A stretch of 64,000 nt of DNA from Planctomycetota bacterium (GCA_046290465.1 JBKAGP010000001.1:1248001-1312000); one strand, 5' to 3'. Positions 44,578 to 55,619 are shown, numbered from the stretch's first letter. The notes: generated from the sequence alone by a model not told the origin. Made by a program: numbers and translations.

Positions 44578-45849
44578 CTACCCTTCGGAAATGCGCTCGA
44601 TGTCGGCGCCGATGCCCTGCAGCTTGTTCTCGATGCGTTCGTAGCCGCGATCGATGTGGTAGACGCGGCGCACGTCGGTGGCGCCGCGCGCGACCAGGCC
44701 GGCGAGCACCAGGCTGGCCGACGCGCGCAGGTCGCTGGCCATCACCGGGGCCCCGCGCAGCTCTTCGGTGCCTTCGATGATCGCGCTCGGGCCCTCGCGA
44801 CGGATGCGCGCGCCGAGGCGCTGCAGCTCGGAGGCGTGGATGAAGCGCTCGGGGTAGATCTTCTCGGTGATGACGGACACGCCCTGGGCGCGCGTCATCA
44901 GCGCCATGAACTGCGCCTGCAGGTCGGTCGGGAAGCCCGGGTAGGCCATCGTGGTGACGTCGACCGCCTTGAGCTGGCCGGACGACGTCGGCATCACCCG
45001 GATCGAGTCCTTGCCGACGTCGAGCTGCGCCCCGGCCGCGCGCAGCCGGTCGATCACCGCCAGCAGGTGCATCGGGTTGCAGTCGGTGACCGTGACGTCG
45101 CCGTTGAGCATCACCGCGCCGCACAAGAACGTGCCGGCCTCGATGCGGTCCGGGATCATGTCCCACTCACAGCCGTGCAGAGTGTCGACGCCCTCGATCG
45201 TCAGCAGGTGGCCGCCGATGCCCGAGATGCGGGCGCCACAGGCGTTGAGGAAGTGGCACAGGTCCTCGATCTCGGGCTCCATCGCCGCGCACTCGAGGTG
45301 GGTCGTGCCGGTCGACAGCGTCGCCGCCATCAGCACGTTCGCGGTGCCGAGCACCGTCGATCCCATGTTGCCGCCGAGGAAGCAGACGCCGCCGGACGGC
45401 CGGCCGCTCAGCGTCACGTAGCCGTCGGACAGCTCGACGTTGCCGCCGATGTCGCGCAGGCCCTTGATGTGCAGGTCGACCGGGCGGTGGCCGAACACGC
45501 AGCCGCCGGGGTAGCTGACCCGGGCCACGCCGCGCCGCGCCCACAGCGGGCCGAGCACGACGAAGCTGGCGCGCATCGTGCGGACCAGATCGTACGGAGC
45601 GACGTAGACCGTCTTGTCCTTGGCCTCGAGTTCGAGCGCGCCATCGGGCCGCCACGAGTGCACGACGCCGAGCTTGCCGAGGATGCGGAGGAGGTTCTCG
45701 ACGTCCTTCAGCCGCGGCATGTTGCGCAGCAGGATCGGACCATCGACCAGCAGCGAAGCTGCCAGGATCGGCAGTGCGCCATTCTTGCTACCGGAAACAC
45801 GAACGGTGCCGCGCAAGCCGCGGCCACCCCGGATACGGATTCGATCCAA
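44578..45849 (-). CDS. murA: UDP-N-acetylglucosamine 1-carboxyvinyltransferase
   Basis: [23 protein letters not shown] (active-site Cys), [26 protein letters not shown] start after GGAGG. Confidence 0.97.
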   Translation of the reverse strand: MDRIRIRGGRGLRGTVRVSGSKNGALPILAASLLVDGPILLRNMPRLKDVENLLRILGKLGVVHSWRPDGALELEAKDKTVYVAPYDLVRTMRASFVVLGPLWARRGVARVSYPGGCVFGHRPVDLHIKGLRDIGGNVELSDGYVTLSGRPSGGVCFLGGNMGSTVLGTANVLMAATLSTGTTHLECAAMEPEIEDLCHFLNACGARISGIGGHLLTIEGVDTLHGCEWDMIPDRIEAGTFLCGAVMLNGDVTVTDCNPMHLLAVIDRLRAAGAQLDVGKDSIRVMPTSSGQLKAVDVTTMAYPGFPTDLQAQFMALMTRAQGVSVITEKIYPERFIHASELQRLGARIRREGPSAIIEGTEELRGAPVMASDLRASASLVLAGLVARGATDVRRVYHIDRGYERIENKLQGIGADIERISEG

Positions 45850-45977
45850 GGACCCCCTCCAAGCCAGCCGATCGACCCGGGCAATAGGTCGCTGGCTGAG
45901 TTTTGAACACTGGTGAGAACGAAACGAGTCCGCAAGTCTTGGCGTGCATCCCGGTTGCTCGTTGCGGAGCACCGTCG

Positions 45978-46017
45978 TGTGGATTCGACGTGGATGGTTA
46001 TCCACATCATTTCCACA
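45978..46017. promoter_or_regulatory. DnaA-box cluster
   Basis: Perfect TTATCCACA at 45998-46006, ATTTCCACA at 46009-46017, reverse TGTGGATTC at 45978-45986. Confidence 0.65.
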
Positions 46018-46333
46018 GCTGCGACGGAGCCGGCTGACCGATCCACGCCTCGCCCTGCGGCGTTCCGCCAGTGTGACCCTCCGATGCCATCGGTGCAAGC
46101 GCGCCGTTCAAGTTCTTCGCCCGACCGAGTTGCTTTCCGAGGTGACCACTTGGCTGTTGGTCCGACCACGATCCCTGCGCGAGTCCTGCGGACGGCGACG
46201 GGATCGCTTGCACAGGGCGCGTCATGCGCGTGTTGTCGGCCGACCCGATCGACCGGCGAGCGATCCTGCGGATGCGCGGCACAGAATCAGGCCTGCCGAT
46301 CCACGGGCCTGCCGCTCACCAACAGCCAAGTGG

Positions 46334-47206
46334 TCAGTTGGGGCCGGGGGCGTCGAAGTCGTGTTCGGCGAGGTCGACCAGGACTTCGACCCGATCGAGC
46401 CCCGCGCCGCAGCGGAGCACCCGTTCGCCGTCGTGGTCGAGCACGTAGACCCGCCCCTGCTCGTCGAGCGCCAGCGCCAGCGGATCGCGGCACGCCTCGT
46501 CGAGCGCCGGCAGCGGCAGGCGGGTGCCGTCGGGCCGCAGGGAGAGCAGCCGTGCGTCGACGCCGCCGTGGTCGACCACCAGCAGTTCGCCGCCGGCCAG
46601 CCGCACGACCGCTCCCGGCCGCGCCCCCTCGCCGCCCTGGCCGAGGCCGCGCTCCTGCACGAACGCACCGTCGTGGCGGAACGTCTGCAGCCGGCCCCGC
46701 AGGGTGTCGGCGACGACCAGGCCGCGCGCATCGCACCAGATGCCGCGCGGCGCCCCCCACTTCTCGCCCGGTTCGCCGCGTGCCGGCAACGCCCGGAGCG
46801 CGTGGCCGCCGAGGTCGAAGCACTGCACGGCGCGCCGCCGCGCACGTTCGCCGGTCACCACCCAGACGCGGTCGCGATGGCAGGCGACCGCGTGCGGTCG
46901 CTCGAGCACGCCGAGCTTGTCACGGCCACGATCGCCGCTGCTGGGCGGCGGCAACCCGAGATCGCCGAGGTGCTGGCCGAACGCGTTGTAGCGGCGCACG
47001 CACTGGTTCTGCGGGTCGGCGACGAACAGCCGGAAGTGGGCGTCGACGGCGACGCCGCCCGCGTCCGAGAAGCCGGAGGCGCCGACCGGCGTGGTCCACG
47101 ACGACATCCGCTCGCGCGCGTCGAGGTCGTAGAGGAACACGTGGCCGCGGCCGGCGGACCAGGTCACGCACAGCAAGTTGCTTCGAACCGCCAGCCCGCC
47201 GATCAT
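46334..47206 (-). CDS. NHL-repeat beta-propeller protein (start uncertain)
   Basis: GVAVD...LFVADPQNQCV, PRGI...VADT, PLALALDEQGRVYVLD. Confidence 0.8.
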   Translation of the reverse strand: MIGGLAVRSNLLCVTWSAGRGHVFLYDLDARERMSSWTTPVGASGFSDAGGVAVDAHFRLFVADPQNQCVRRYNAFGQHLGDLGLPPPSSGDRGRDKLGVLERPHAVACHRDRVWVVTGERARRRAVQCFDLGGHALRALPARGEPGEKWGAPRGIWCDARGLVVADTLRGRLQTFRHDGAFVQERGLGQGGEGARPGAVVRLAGGELLVVDHGGVDARLLSLRPDGTRLPLPALDEACRDPLALALDEQGRVYVLDHDGERVLRCGAGLDRVEVLVDLAEHDFDAPGPN

Positions 47207-47213
47207 CGCGACG

Positions 47214-47609
47214 ATGCTACCTGACGGACCGCGCCCGATCCGTTCTTCGCTGCTCGGATTGCTCGCCGCCGTCACGGTGTGCGCGGCTCCGGTGGCCGTG
47301 GTCGGATCGTGTTCGGTGATGCCCGAAGCCTCGCTCCCGCCGCACGTCGACTACACCTTCGACGCGCGCTATCGGGTCGGCGACGACGGCGCGATCGTGT
47401 TGCCGACCTCGCGCCGCATGCTGGTGATCCAGCGCCTCGACGTGGTGCCACCGGCGCGGTCCGAGTCGTTCGCCGATGGCGTGCGCGCGCTGCACTTCGC
47501 GCCGGGCACCGACGTACGGGTGCAGGGTGCGCTGCGCGCCTACGCGCTCGCGGACGGCACCACGCCGACGCTGGCCGACCTGCTGCCTGGAGCCGAACTG
47601 TCGCGATGA
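47214..47609 (+). CDS. Hypothetical exported or membrane-anchored protein
   Basis: Hydrophobic N-terminus; ATGA overlap with the GalT-like gene. Confidence 0.55.
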   Translation: MLPDGPRPIRSSLLGLLAAVTVCAAPVAVVGSCSVMPEASLPPHVDYTFDARYRVGDDGAIVLPTSRRMLVIQRLDVVPPARSESFADGVRALHFAPGTDVRVQGALRAYALADGTTPTLADLLPGAELSR

Positions 47610-48514
47610 GCCAGCCGCAGCCACGCGTCGTCGTCGACCCCACCACCGGCCGGCCGATCCTGCTGGCACCGCAGCGCCAGCAGCGCCCGATGCACACCGG
47701 CAGCAAGAAGGTCGCGGCGCGCTGCCCGTTCTGCCGCGGCAACGAGGACGACACGCCGCCCGAACGCGACGCGGTGCGCGGCGACGACGGCGGCTGGCTG
47801 GTGCGCGCGTTCGAGAACAAGTACCCCGCAACCGTGCACCACGAGGTGATCGCGGAGGGTGGCGACCATCGCGAGCACCCGTGCGAGCTCGACGTCGCGA
47901 CCTGGCGCGCGGCGCTCGAGCTGTGGCGCCGCCGCGTGCAGACGATGGAACAGGACCTCGGACTGGCGCACGCGTTCTTGTTCAAGAACGTCGGCGCGCG
48001 CGCCGGCGCCTCGATCGCGCACAACCACAGCCAGGTGATCGGACTCGAGCAGCTGCCACCGCGGCTGCAGCTCGAGCTGGCGCAGCAGCGCGAGGCCGCG
48101 ACCTGCGGCATCTGCGCGTCGCTGCGGACGGCGGCGAGTGAGGACCGCGCGGTGTTCGGCAACGACGGCTACCTGGTGTTCTCACCGGACCCGCCGAAGC
48201 TGCCGTTCGAGACGGTGCTGGCGCCGCGCGACTGCGGCAGCGACTTCTTCGCGGCGGACCTCGACGAACTGGCCGAAGCGATGCACGCCTGGTTCGAGGC
48301 GCTCGACCGCGGCCTCGACCGGCCCGCGTGCAACCTCTGGCTGCACCGGATCCGCAGCGAACGGCTGCGCGACGGCGAGCACTTCCACTGGCACTTCGAG
48401 CTGCAACCGCGCACCGGCCAGCTCGCCGGACTCGAACTCGGCGGCGACATGTACATCAATTCGGTACCGGCACAGCTCACCGCGCAGCGGTTGCGCGACG
48501 GCAGACGTCGGTGA
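47606..48514 (+). CDS. GalT-like nucleotidyltransferase (HIT superfamily)
   Basis: CPFCRGNE, FENKYP, HEVIAE, FKNVGARAGASIAHNHSQ (HxHxQ), HWHFE, AGLELG. Confidence 0.88.
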   Translation: MSQPQPRVVVDPTTGRPILLAPQRQQRPMHTGSKKVAARCPFCRGNEDDTPPERDAVRGDDGGWLVRAFENKYPATVHHEVIAEGGDHREHPCELDVATWRAALELWRRRVQTMEQDLGLAHAFLFKNVGARAGASIAHNHSQVIGLEQLPPRLQLELAQQREAATCGICASLRTAASEDRAVFGNDGYLVFSPDPPKLPFETVLAPRDCGSDFFAADLDELAEAMHAWFEALDRGLDRPACNLWLHRIRSERLRDGEHFHWHFELQPRTGQLAGLELGGDMYINSVPAQLTAQRLRDGRRR

Positions 48515-48611
48515 CGGCGCGTCGCTGCCAACCCGTTTCTGCTCCAGGCGGTTGCGCCGAGCGCCGCATGACGCGACAGTCCGCCCCGCACCTCAGCCCT
48601 CTCGTGAAGGA

Positions 48612-50258
48612 ATGACGAACCAACCCAAACAGCAGTGGGGCTCGCGCCTCGGGGTCATCCTCGCCGTGTCCGGCTCCGCAGTCGGCCTCGGCAACTTCTT
48701 GCGCTTCCCGGGCAACGCGGCCGAGAACGGCGGCGGCGCCTTCATGATCCCCTACTTCATCGCCCTGCTGCTGCTCGGGATCCCGATCGGCTGGGCGGAG
48801 TGGACCATGGGTCGCTACGGCGGCCGCAAGGGCTTCCACTCGGCGCCGGCGATCCTGGGCATCTGGGCCAAGGGGGCTCTGGGCCGCTACCTCGGCGTGT
48901 TCGGGGTGCTGATCCCGCTCGGGGTCTACTTCTGGTACGTGCTCGTCGAAACGTGGTGCCTCTACTACGTGCTGAAGTACTTCACAGGCGGCATCGGGCT
49001 CGATCCGGCGACGATGGACATCGACAAGCAGGTCGAGGTCACCCACAACTTCTTCTTCGAGGTCACCGGCTCCGCCGACAACGGCATCCTGTTCAGCCAG
49101 CCCGACGGCGGCGGGATCCACCCGATCGTGTGGACCTTCCTGCTGGTCGCGGCGATCAACATCTTCTTCATCTTCCGAGGGGTCTCGAAGGGCATCGAAG
49201 CCGTCTGCAAGGCGGCGATGCCGATCATGGCCGTGCTCGGCGTGATCATGCTGGTGCGCGTGCTCACGCTCGGCACGCCGGACCCGGACAAGCCCGAGCA
49301 GAGCGTGCTGCACGGCCTGGGCTACCTCTGGAACCCACAGCTCGACAAGCTGTGGAACTTCGAAACCTGGCTCGCGGCCTCCGGGCAGATCTTCTTCAGC
49401 CTGTCCGTCGGCTTCGGCGTGATCATCAACTACGCGTCCTACATGCGGAAGAAGGACGACGTGGTGCTCTCGGGCCTGACCGCATCGGCGACCAACGAGT
49501 TCTTCGAGGTCGGCCTCGGCGGCTTGATCACCGTGACCGCCTCGATCGTCTTCGTCGGCGTCGCCGTCACGCAGACCGGCACGGGCGGCACGATGAGCCT
49601 GGGCTTCATGACCCTGCCGATGGTGTTCGCGCAGATGCCGGGAGGCACCCTGTTCGGCGGCGCGTTCTTCCTGATCCTGTTCCTGGCCGCGATCACCAGT
49701 TCGCTCTCGATGCTGCAGCCGACCAAGGCGTTCATCGAGGAGACCCTCGGCTGCAACCGCATGAAGTCGACGATGATCGTCACCGCGTGGGGCCTGGTCG
49801 GAAACTTCTTCGTGCTCTACTTCAGCAAGGAGCTGGTCGCGCTGGACACGATCGACTTCTGGGTCGGCACGTTCTTCATCCTGATCGTCGCCGGCATCCA
49901 GATCTTCGCGTTCGGCTGGATCTTCGGGGTCGAGAAGGGCATCGAAGAGGCGCACAAGGGCGCCAACATGCGCATCCCGCGGATCTTCGTGTTCATCATG
50001 AAGTACGTCTCGCCGACGTTCCTGCTGGTGATCGTGATCGGCTTCTGCTTCGACAACCTGCCGGACAAGACGCTCGACGACGGCACCGTGCAGCCCGGCC
50101 GGATCTCGAAGATCCTCGACAACCCGGACGCCATCAAGACGTGGGGCCTGCTGCTGCTGACGATCGGCGGCATCGCCGCGCTGGTGGCGATCGGCACCAG
50201 GCGATGGCGATCCCTCGGGCTCGACATCGACGGCAACGAACCCGCAAACGACGACTAG
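48612..50258 (+). CDS. NSS-family sodium-dependent transporter
   Basis: WGSRLG, GSAVGLGNFLRFP, GGGAFMIPY, QIFFSLSVGFG, AAITSSLS. Confidence 0.95.
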   Translation: MTNQPKQQWGSRLGVILAVSGSAVGLGNFLRFPGNAAENGGGAFMIPYFIALLLLGIPIGWAEWTMGRYGGRKGFHSAPAILGIWAKGALGRYLGVFGVLIPLGVYFWYVLVETWCLYYVLKYFTGGIGLDPATMDIDKQVEVTHNFFFEVTGSADNGILFSQPDGGGIHPIVWTFLLVAAINIFFIFRGVSKGIEAVCKAAMPIMAVLGVIMLVRVLTLGTPDPDKPEQSVLHGLGYLWNPQLDKLWNFETWLAASGQIFFSLSVGFGVIINYASYMRKKDDVVLSGLTASATNEFFEVGLGGLITVTASIVFVGVAVTQTGTGGTMSLGFMTLPMVFAQMPGGTLFGGAFFLILFLAAITSSLSMLQPTKAFIEETLGCNRMKSTMIVTAWGLVGNFFVLYFSKELVALDTIDFWVGTFFILIVAGIQIFAFGWIFGVEKGIEEAHKGANMRIPRIFVFIMKYVSPTFLLVIVIGFCFDNLPDKTLDDGTVQPGRISKILDNPDAIKTWGLLLLTIGGIAALVAIGTRRWRSLGLDIDGNEPANDD

Positions 50259-50270
50259 GAGATAGCCATC

Positions 50271-50420
50271 ATGCTCTGCGAAACCCTCACCACCGTCGGC
50301 TGGGTATTCATGCTCGGCTCGATCGGCGCCGTCGGCACGCTCGTCGTCTACTGCTACAAGCGCATCCTGACGCAGCCGGAGAACGACGAGCCGGACCTGC
50401 CCGGCGGCCTCGGTCCGTAG
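50271..50420 (+). CDS. 49-aa single-TM protein, probable MetS-like NSS transporter small subunit
   Basis: AGGAG RBS; MLCETLTTVGWVFMLGSIGAVGTLVVYCYKRILTQPENDEPDLPGGLGP; 12 nt after the transporter stop. Confidence 0.8.
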   Translation: MLCETLTTVGWVFMLGSIGAVGTLVVYCYKRILTQPENDEPDLPGGLGP

Positions 50421-50504
50421 TCGGCCCGACGCCAGCACGGACGTCGCGGCAACTCGTGCTGGAGGGGTGCCGTCGCGTCGGCGACGGCGCCCTGCGTTCG
50501 CCGG

Positions 50505-50909
50505 CTACTTCTCGGTGGCCTTGCCGGACTTGACCCAGCCTTTGTAGCCCTCGCGCAGGTGCTGCACGTTCTCGAACCCGAGCTCCTGGAACGTCGGCAG
50601 CGCACGGCTGCTTCGGCCACCGGAGCCTCAGTGCATGACGTAGGTCTTGCTGGGATCGAGCGTCTTCAGCTGCTCGACGAAGTCGGCCGCCTTGCAGTCC
50701 ATCAGCACCGCTCCCGGCAGGTGCCCCGCCTCGAACTCGGCCGGCGTGCGGATGTCCAGCACGACCACGTCGGGGTCGGAGGCCATCAGCGCCGCGGCAT
50801 CCGCGACCGAGATGTCGGGGTAGGCAGGCTCGGCGCTCTCGGCGCGCTCGGGATGGGACTTGCAGGCGGCGAGCGCGAGCAGGGAGGCGATCACGATGGT
50901 GGTTCGCAT
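50505..50909 (-). CDS. Selenocysteine-containing rhodanese-domain lipoprotein (Sec94, UGA at 50628-50630)
   Basis: LAAC lipobox, LDIRTPAEFEAGHLPGA, then YVMH-UGA-GSGGRS...LGFENVQHLREGYKGW to TAG at 50505. Confidence 0.9.
50581..50627 (-). promoter_or_regulatory. Putative SECIS hairpin of the rhodanese gene
   Basis: GCAGC-CGUGC-GCUGC starts 16 nt after the UGA; lower stem GGCUCC/GGAGCU. Confidence 0.65.
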
Positions 50910-50966
50910 GGCGCGCCCAGCGTAGCCGAGTTGCCGGCCGCATCGCCAAGAGCCCCACCGCGATCG

Positions 50967-51488
50967 CTACCGCGCCGCTTCGAGTTCGCGGCGGACTGCG
51001 CGCGACGACGAGATCGCGAGCCAGATCGACTGCACCAGCACCAGCCCGACCATCCCGAACAGACCGAACGGCGGCATCGTCTGCCAGTCCCCGTGGGCCA
51101 TCCGTTCCATCGCGAACAGGATCCAGCCGAACATCGCGACCAGCGTCAGCGCCAGCCACTGCACACCACGGGTGATCGAAGCGACGGCGCGCACGCGGGC
51201 CGGCTCGGGCAGTTCGCGGAAGCGCTCGCGCTGCGGCACGTTGAGCAACGACGAGTTGCGGCGGGCGAGGCCGACGACCCACGGCGGCAGCACCAGCCCG
51301 GTGAATCCGCCGAGCAGCGTCGCGAGCGTCGGCAGCAGGAACCACGAGCCGAAGCCCGGCTCGCGCCACGCGTCGGCGTTGCCCTGCAGGTCGAAGTGCG
51401 TCGGGATGCGCTCGGGCAGGTCGGGCCACGCGACCAGCGCGTAGGTCCAGAGCCCGACGAGCGCGGCGACGACGAACGCGCGGATCAT
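50967..51488 (-). CDS. DUF1648 (SdpI-like N-terminus) membrane protein
   Basis: WPDLPERIPTHFDLQGNADAW; about 4 TM helices. Confidence 0.85.
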   Translation of the reverse strand: MIRAFVVAALVGLWTYALVAWPDLPERIPTHFDLQGNADAWREPGFGSWFLLPTLATLLGGFTGLVLPPWVVGLARRNSSLLNVPQRERFRELPEPARVRAVASITRGVQWLALTLVAMFGWILFAMERMAHGDWQTMPPFGLFGMVGLVLVQSIWLAISSSRAVRRELEAAR

Positions 51489-51811
51489 GCGTCGGATGGT
51501 ACGATCGTGACGCCGGTTCCGTACGCGAGCAGTTCGCTCATGTTCTGCGCGATGGCGCTGGTGGTGTAGCGCACGCCGACGATCGCGTTGGCGCCCTGCT
51601 GCTCGGCGGCGCGCTTCATGCGGTTGCGCGCCTCGCTGCGCGCCTCCTGCAGCATCTCGCTGTAGCCGCGGATCTCGCCGCCGACCAGCGACTTGAGGCC
51701 AGCCGCGATGTCGCGGCCGAGGTGCTTGGACTGCACCACGCAGCCCTCGGCGAGGCCGTGCACGGCGACGATGCGAAAGCCGGGGATCTCCTGGGTCGTG
51801 CTGAGTCTCAT
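51485..51811 (-). CDS. YbjQ/UPF0145 family protein
   Basis: AGLKSLVGGEIRGYSEML, GANAIVGVRY, ELLAYGTGV. Confidence 0.93.
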   Translation of the reverse strand: MRLSTTQEIPGFRIVAVHGLAEGCVVQSKHLGRDIAAGLKSLVGGEIRGYSEMLQEARSEARNRMKRAAEQQGANAIVGVRYTTSAIAQNMSELLAYGTGVTIVPSDA

Positions 51812-51857
51812 GCCCAGCACGTTCGGCGCAAGGGCCGCGATATCCGCGGATGCGCCG

Positions 51858-53258
<1,401 letters not shown>

Positions 53259-53338
53259 GGTTCTTCGCGCAGAAGCAGACAGCGCGCCCGCGGCGGATCA
53301 AGCCAAGAAGTAGCGGGCGACCCAGGCTGGAAACGGCC

Positions 53339-53420
53339 CAGCTTGGAAGGAGCAGCTCGGCACGACCAGCTCGGAACGGCCAGTTCGGAACGGCCAGTTC
53401 GGAACGACCAGCCCCGAACC
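53339..53420. repeat. Intergenic 14-bp tandem repeat, about 5-6 imperfect copies
   Basis: Units such as CAGCTCGGCACGAC, CAGCTCGGAACGGC, CAGTTCGGAACGGC, CAGTTCGGAACGAC. Confidence 0.8.
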
Positions 53421-53427
53421 TACCGCC

Positions 53428-53907
53428 TCAGACCCCGACGTCGAGCGGCGGCACCGTCGGACCGCCGGCGTGCACCATGCGCTCCATCCGGATCCGGCTG
53501 CCCTGCACGCCCTGGCTCTCGAACCCGACCTCGCCGAAGAAGCCGAGCGCCGGTTCGTTGTTGAGGTCGATGTAGGCGACCAGGCGGCGCATGCCGACGG
53601 CCCGCGCGCGCACCAGCGCCTGCGCGAACATCTGCCGACCGAGGCCGCCGCGGCGGTGCTCGGGCGCGACGACCAGGGTGATGTCCGCTACGCCATCGGG
53701 CCCACAGTCGAGCCGGACCAGGCCGAGCTTCTCGCCGTTGGCCTGGGCCACCAGCGCGACGATGCGCTGGTCGCGCACCAGCCGCTCGGGCCAGGCCGAG
53801 GTGCCGCGCGGGACCTGCAGGCCGGGGCCGCAGAGCCACGGGGCGACCGCCTCGGCATCGGCGAGCTCGAACGGGCGCAGTTGCAGGGGGTCCGAGGAGT
53901 GGGGCAT
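53428..53907 (-). CDS. GNAT-family acetyltransferase
   Basis: LRPFELAD, VAPEHRRGGLG, NEPALGFFGEVGF. Confidence 0.88.
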   Translation of the reverse strand: MPHSSDPLQLRPFELADAEAVAPWLCGPGLQVPRGTSAWPERLVRDQRIVALVAQANGEKLGLVRLDCGPDGVADITLVVAPEHRRGGLGRQMFAQALVRARAVGMRRLVAYIDLNNEPALGFFGEVGFESQGVQGSRIRMERMVHAGGPTVPPLDVGV

Positions 53908-53987
53908 GGGCGAGTCGACGCAATCTAGCCCCGCGGACCGGCGGGTAACCACCCGAACCGCCGCGACTTTGGCGAAGAATGCTTCGC

Positions 53988-54017
53988 TTGACCCAAGCCC
54001 GGCCGCGCGGCTAGCAT
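53988..54017 (+). promoter_or_regulatory. Sigma70-type promoter for the nusA operon
   Basis: TTGACC-N18-TAGCAT, about 240 nt upstream of nusA. Confidence 0.55.
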
Positions 54018-54256
54018 GTCCGGCTCACTGGGCCTGCTCTCGGGCAGCCCCGGACCTGATGACGACCCCGGCAATCCCGGACAGTCGACAGGGTCTCCTT
54101 CCTTACTGGCCGCATGCCACCCTGGCCGCATGCCACTCAGGAACCCCGGACCAGAAGGCCGGGGAGCGGGGATTCTATCGCCTGCCCGGGCTTGGCGTTT
54201 CTCTGAACCGTTCTTCCGACCTTCCCAAGCACGCCTATCTCCCCCGGCATCACGGA

Positions 54257-55519
54257 ATGGCCAACCACGCAGAAATCCTCCGCTACATCGACTCCATCGC
54301 CCGCGACAAGGAGATCGACAAGGAAGCGCTGATTACCGGCATCGAGCAGGCGATGTCGCACGCGCTGGCGAAGAAGTATGGCGTGGACGATGTCGAGATC
54401 ATGCTCGACCGGGAGACCGGTGAGTTCGTGTGCAACTACGAGGTCTCGATGGAGGAGCAGGGCCGCATCTTCGCGATGTCGGTCAAGCAGGCGATCATCT
54501 CGCGCGTCCGCGAAGCCGAGCGCGACGTCATCTACGCCGAATACGAAGCCAAGCTCGGGGAGATCGTCAGCGGCAACATCCAGCGCTTCGAGGGTGACAC
54601 CGTCATCGTCAACCTCGGCCGCAACCTCGAGGGCATCCTGCCGCGCTCGGAGAAGGTGCGCAGCGAGAACTACAACGTCGGCGAACGCATCCGCGCCCTC
54701 GTCTACGAGGTCAAGAAGGTCGGTCCGCGCGTCAAGGTCATCCTCAGCCGCACCCACCGCGACCTGGTCCGGGCCCTGTTCGAACTCGAGGTGCCCGAGA
54801 TCGCCGACGGCACGATCATGATCCGCCGCATCGAGCGCGAGCCGGGCTACCGCACCAAGCTGGCGGTCGACTCGGGCGACGACAAGGTCGACTGCGTCGG
54901 CGCGTGCGTCGGCGTGCGCGGCAACCGCATCAAGTCGATCATCGACGAACTCAACGGCGAGCGCATCGACATCATCCGCTGGAACAACGAGGCGATGACG
55001 CTGATCGCCAACGCGCTCAAGCCGGCCGAGGTCGGCGACATCACCCTCGACCCGGACGTCAAGAAGGCGCTGGTCATCGTCGGTGAGGACCAGCAGTCGC
55101 TGGCGATCGGCCGCAAGGGCCAGAACGTCCGCCTGGCGAGCAAGCTCACCGGCTGGGACATCGACATCATGACGCGCGCCGAACTCGAGCAGTCGGTCGC
55201 CGAGGAGGACGCGGTCGTCGAGGAGTCGGCGACCGACGGAGCCGCCGCGGGCGTGGTCGACGCCGGCGCCGCCGAGGAGCCGGTCGACGTCGACGTTCCG
55301 CAGGCCGACGATTCGCAGGCCGACGATCCGCAGGCCGACGCACCGCAGGCCGATGCGGCCCCCGCGGAAGGGACCGAGGCGAGCCAACCACAAGCGGACG
55401 TGCCCGAGAGCGGCGCGGCCGACCAACCCGCGCCGGAGGCAGCCCCGGAGGCTGTCGCCGAACCCGAAGGCACCGACCCAGAACGCCCGGAGGGCGGCGC
55501 CGCGGGTGGGCAGTCGTAA
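54257..55519 (+). CDS. nusA: Transcription factor NusA with an acidic low-complexity tail
   Basis: S1 and KH domains: FELEVPEI, REPGYRTK, GACVGVRGNRI, AIGRKGQNVRLASKLTGW. Confidence 0.97.
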   Translation: MANHAEILRYIDSIARDKEIDKEALITGIEQAMSHALAKKYGVDDVEIMLDRETGEFVCNYEVSMEEQGRIFAMSVKQAIISRVREAERDVIYAEYEAKLGEIVSGNIQRFEGDTVIVNLGRNLEGILPRSEKVRSENYNVGERIRALVYEVKKVGPRVKVILSRTHRDLVRALFELEVPEIADGTIMIRRIEREPGYRTKLAVDSGDDKVDCVGACVGVRGNRIKSIIDELNGERIDIIRWNNEAMTLIANALKPAEVGDITLDPDVKKALVIVGEDQQSLAIGRKGQNVRLASKLTGWDIDIMTRAELEQSVAEEDAVVEESATDGAAAGVVDAGAAEEPVDVDVPQADDSQADDPQADAPQADAAPAEGTEASQPQADVPESGAADQPAPEAAPEAVAEPEGTDPERPEGGAAGGQS

Positions 55520-55619
55520 CCGACGACCCACCGAACCTTCATTCACCTTCGAGCACGCAAGAGCATAGAACCACACAGGCAAGGCCGTCGGACGGCGGTC
55601 CTGACCTAGGAGCAAACGT

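Noticed and set aside
50628..50630. Rhodanese gene as a nonsense pseudogene
   Set aside because: The stop is UGA exactly at the catalytic Cys position, the downstream domain is intact, and Sec machinery is present.
53339..53420. Possible CRISPR array
   Set aside because: Contiguous 14-bp units with no spacers and no cas genes.
54052..54097. Hammerhead ribozyme (CUGAUGA)
   Set aside because: GACA replaces the required GAAA and no three-stem junction is evident.
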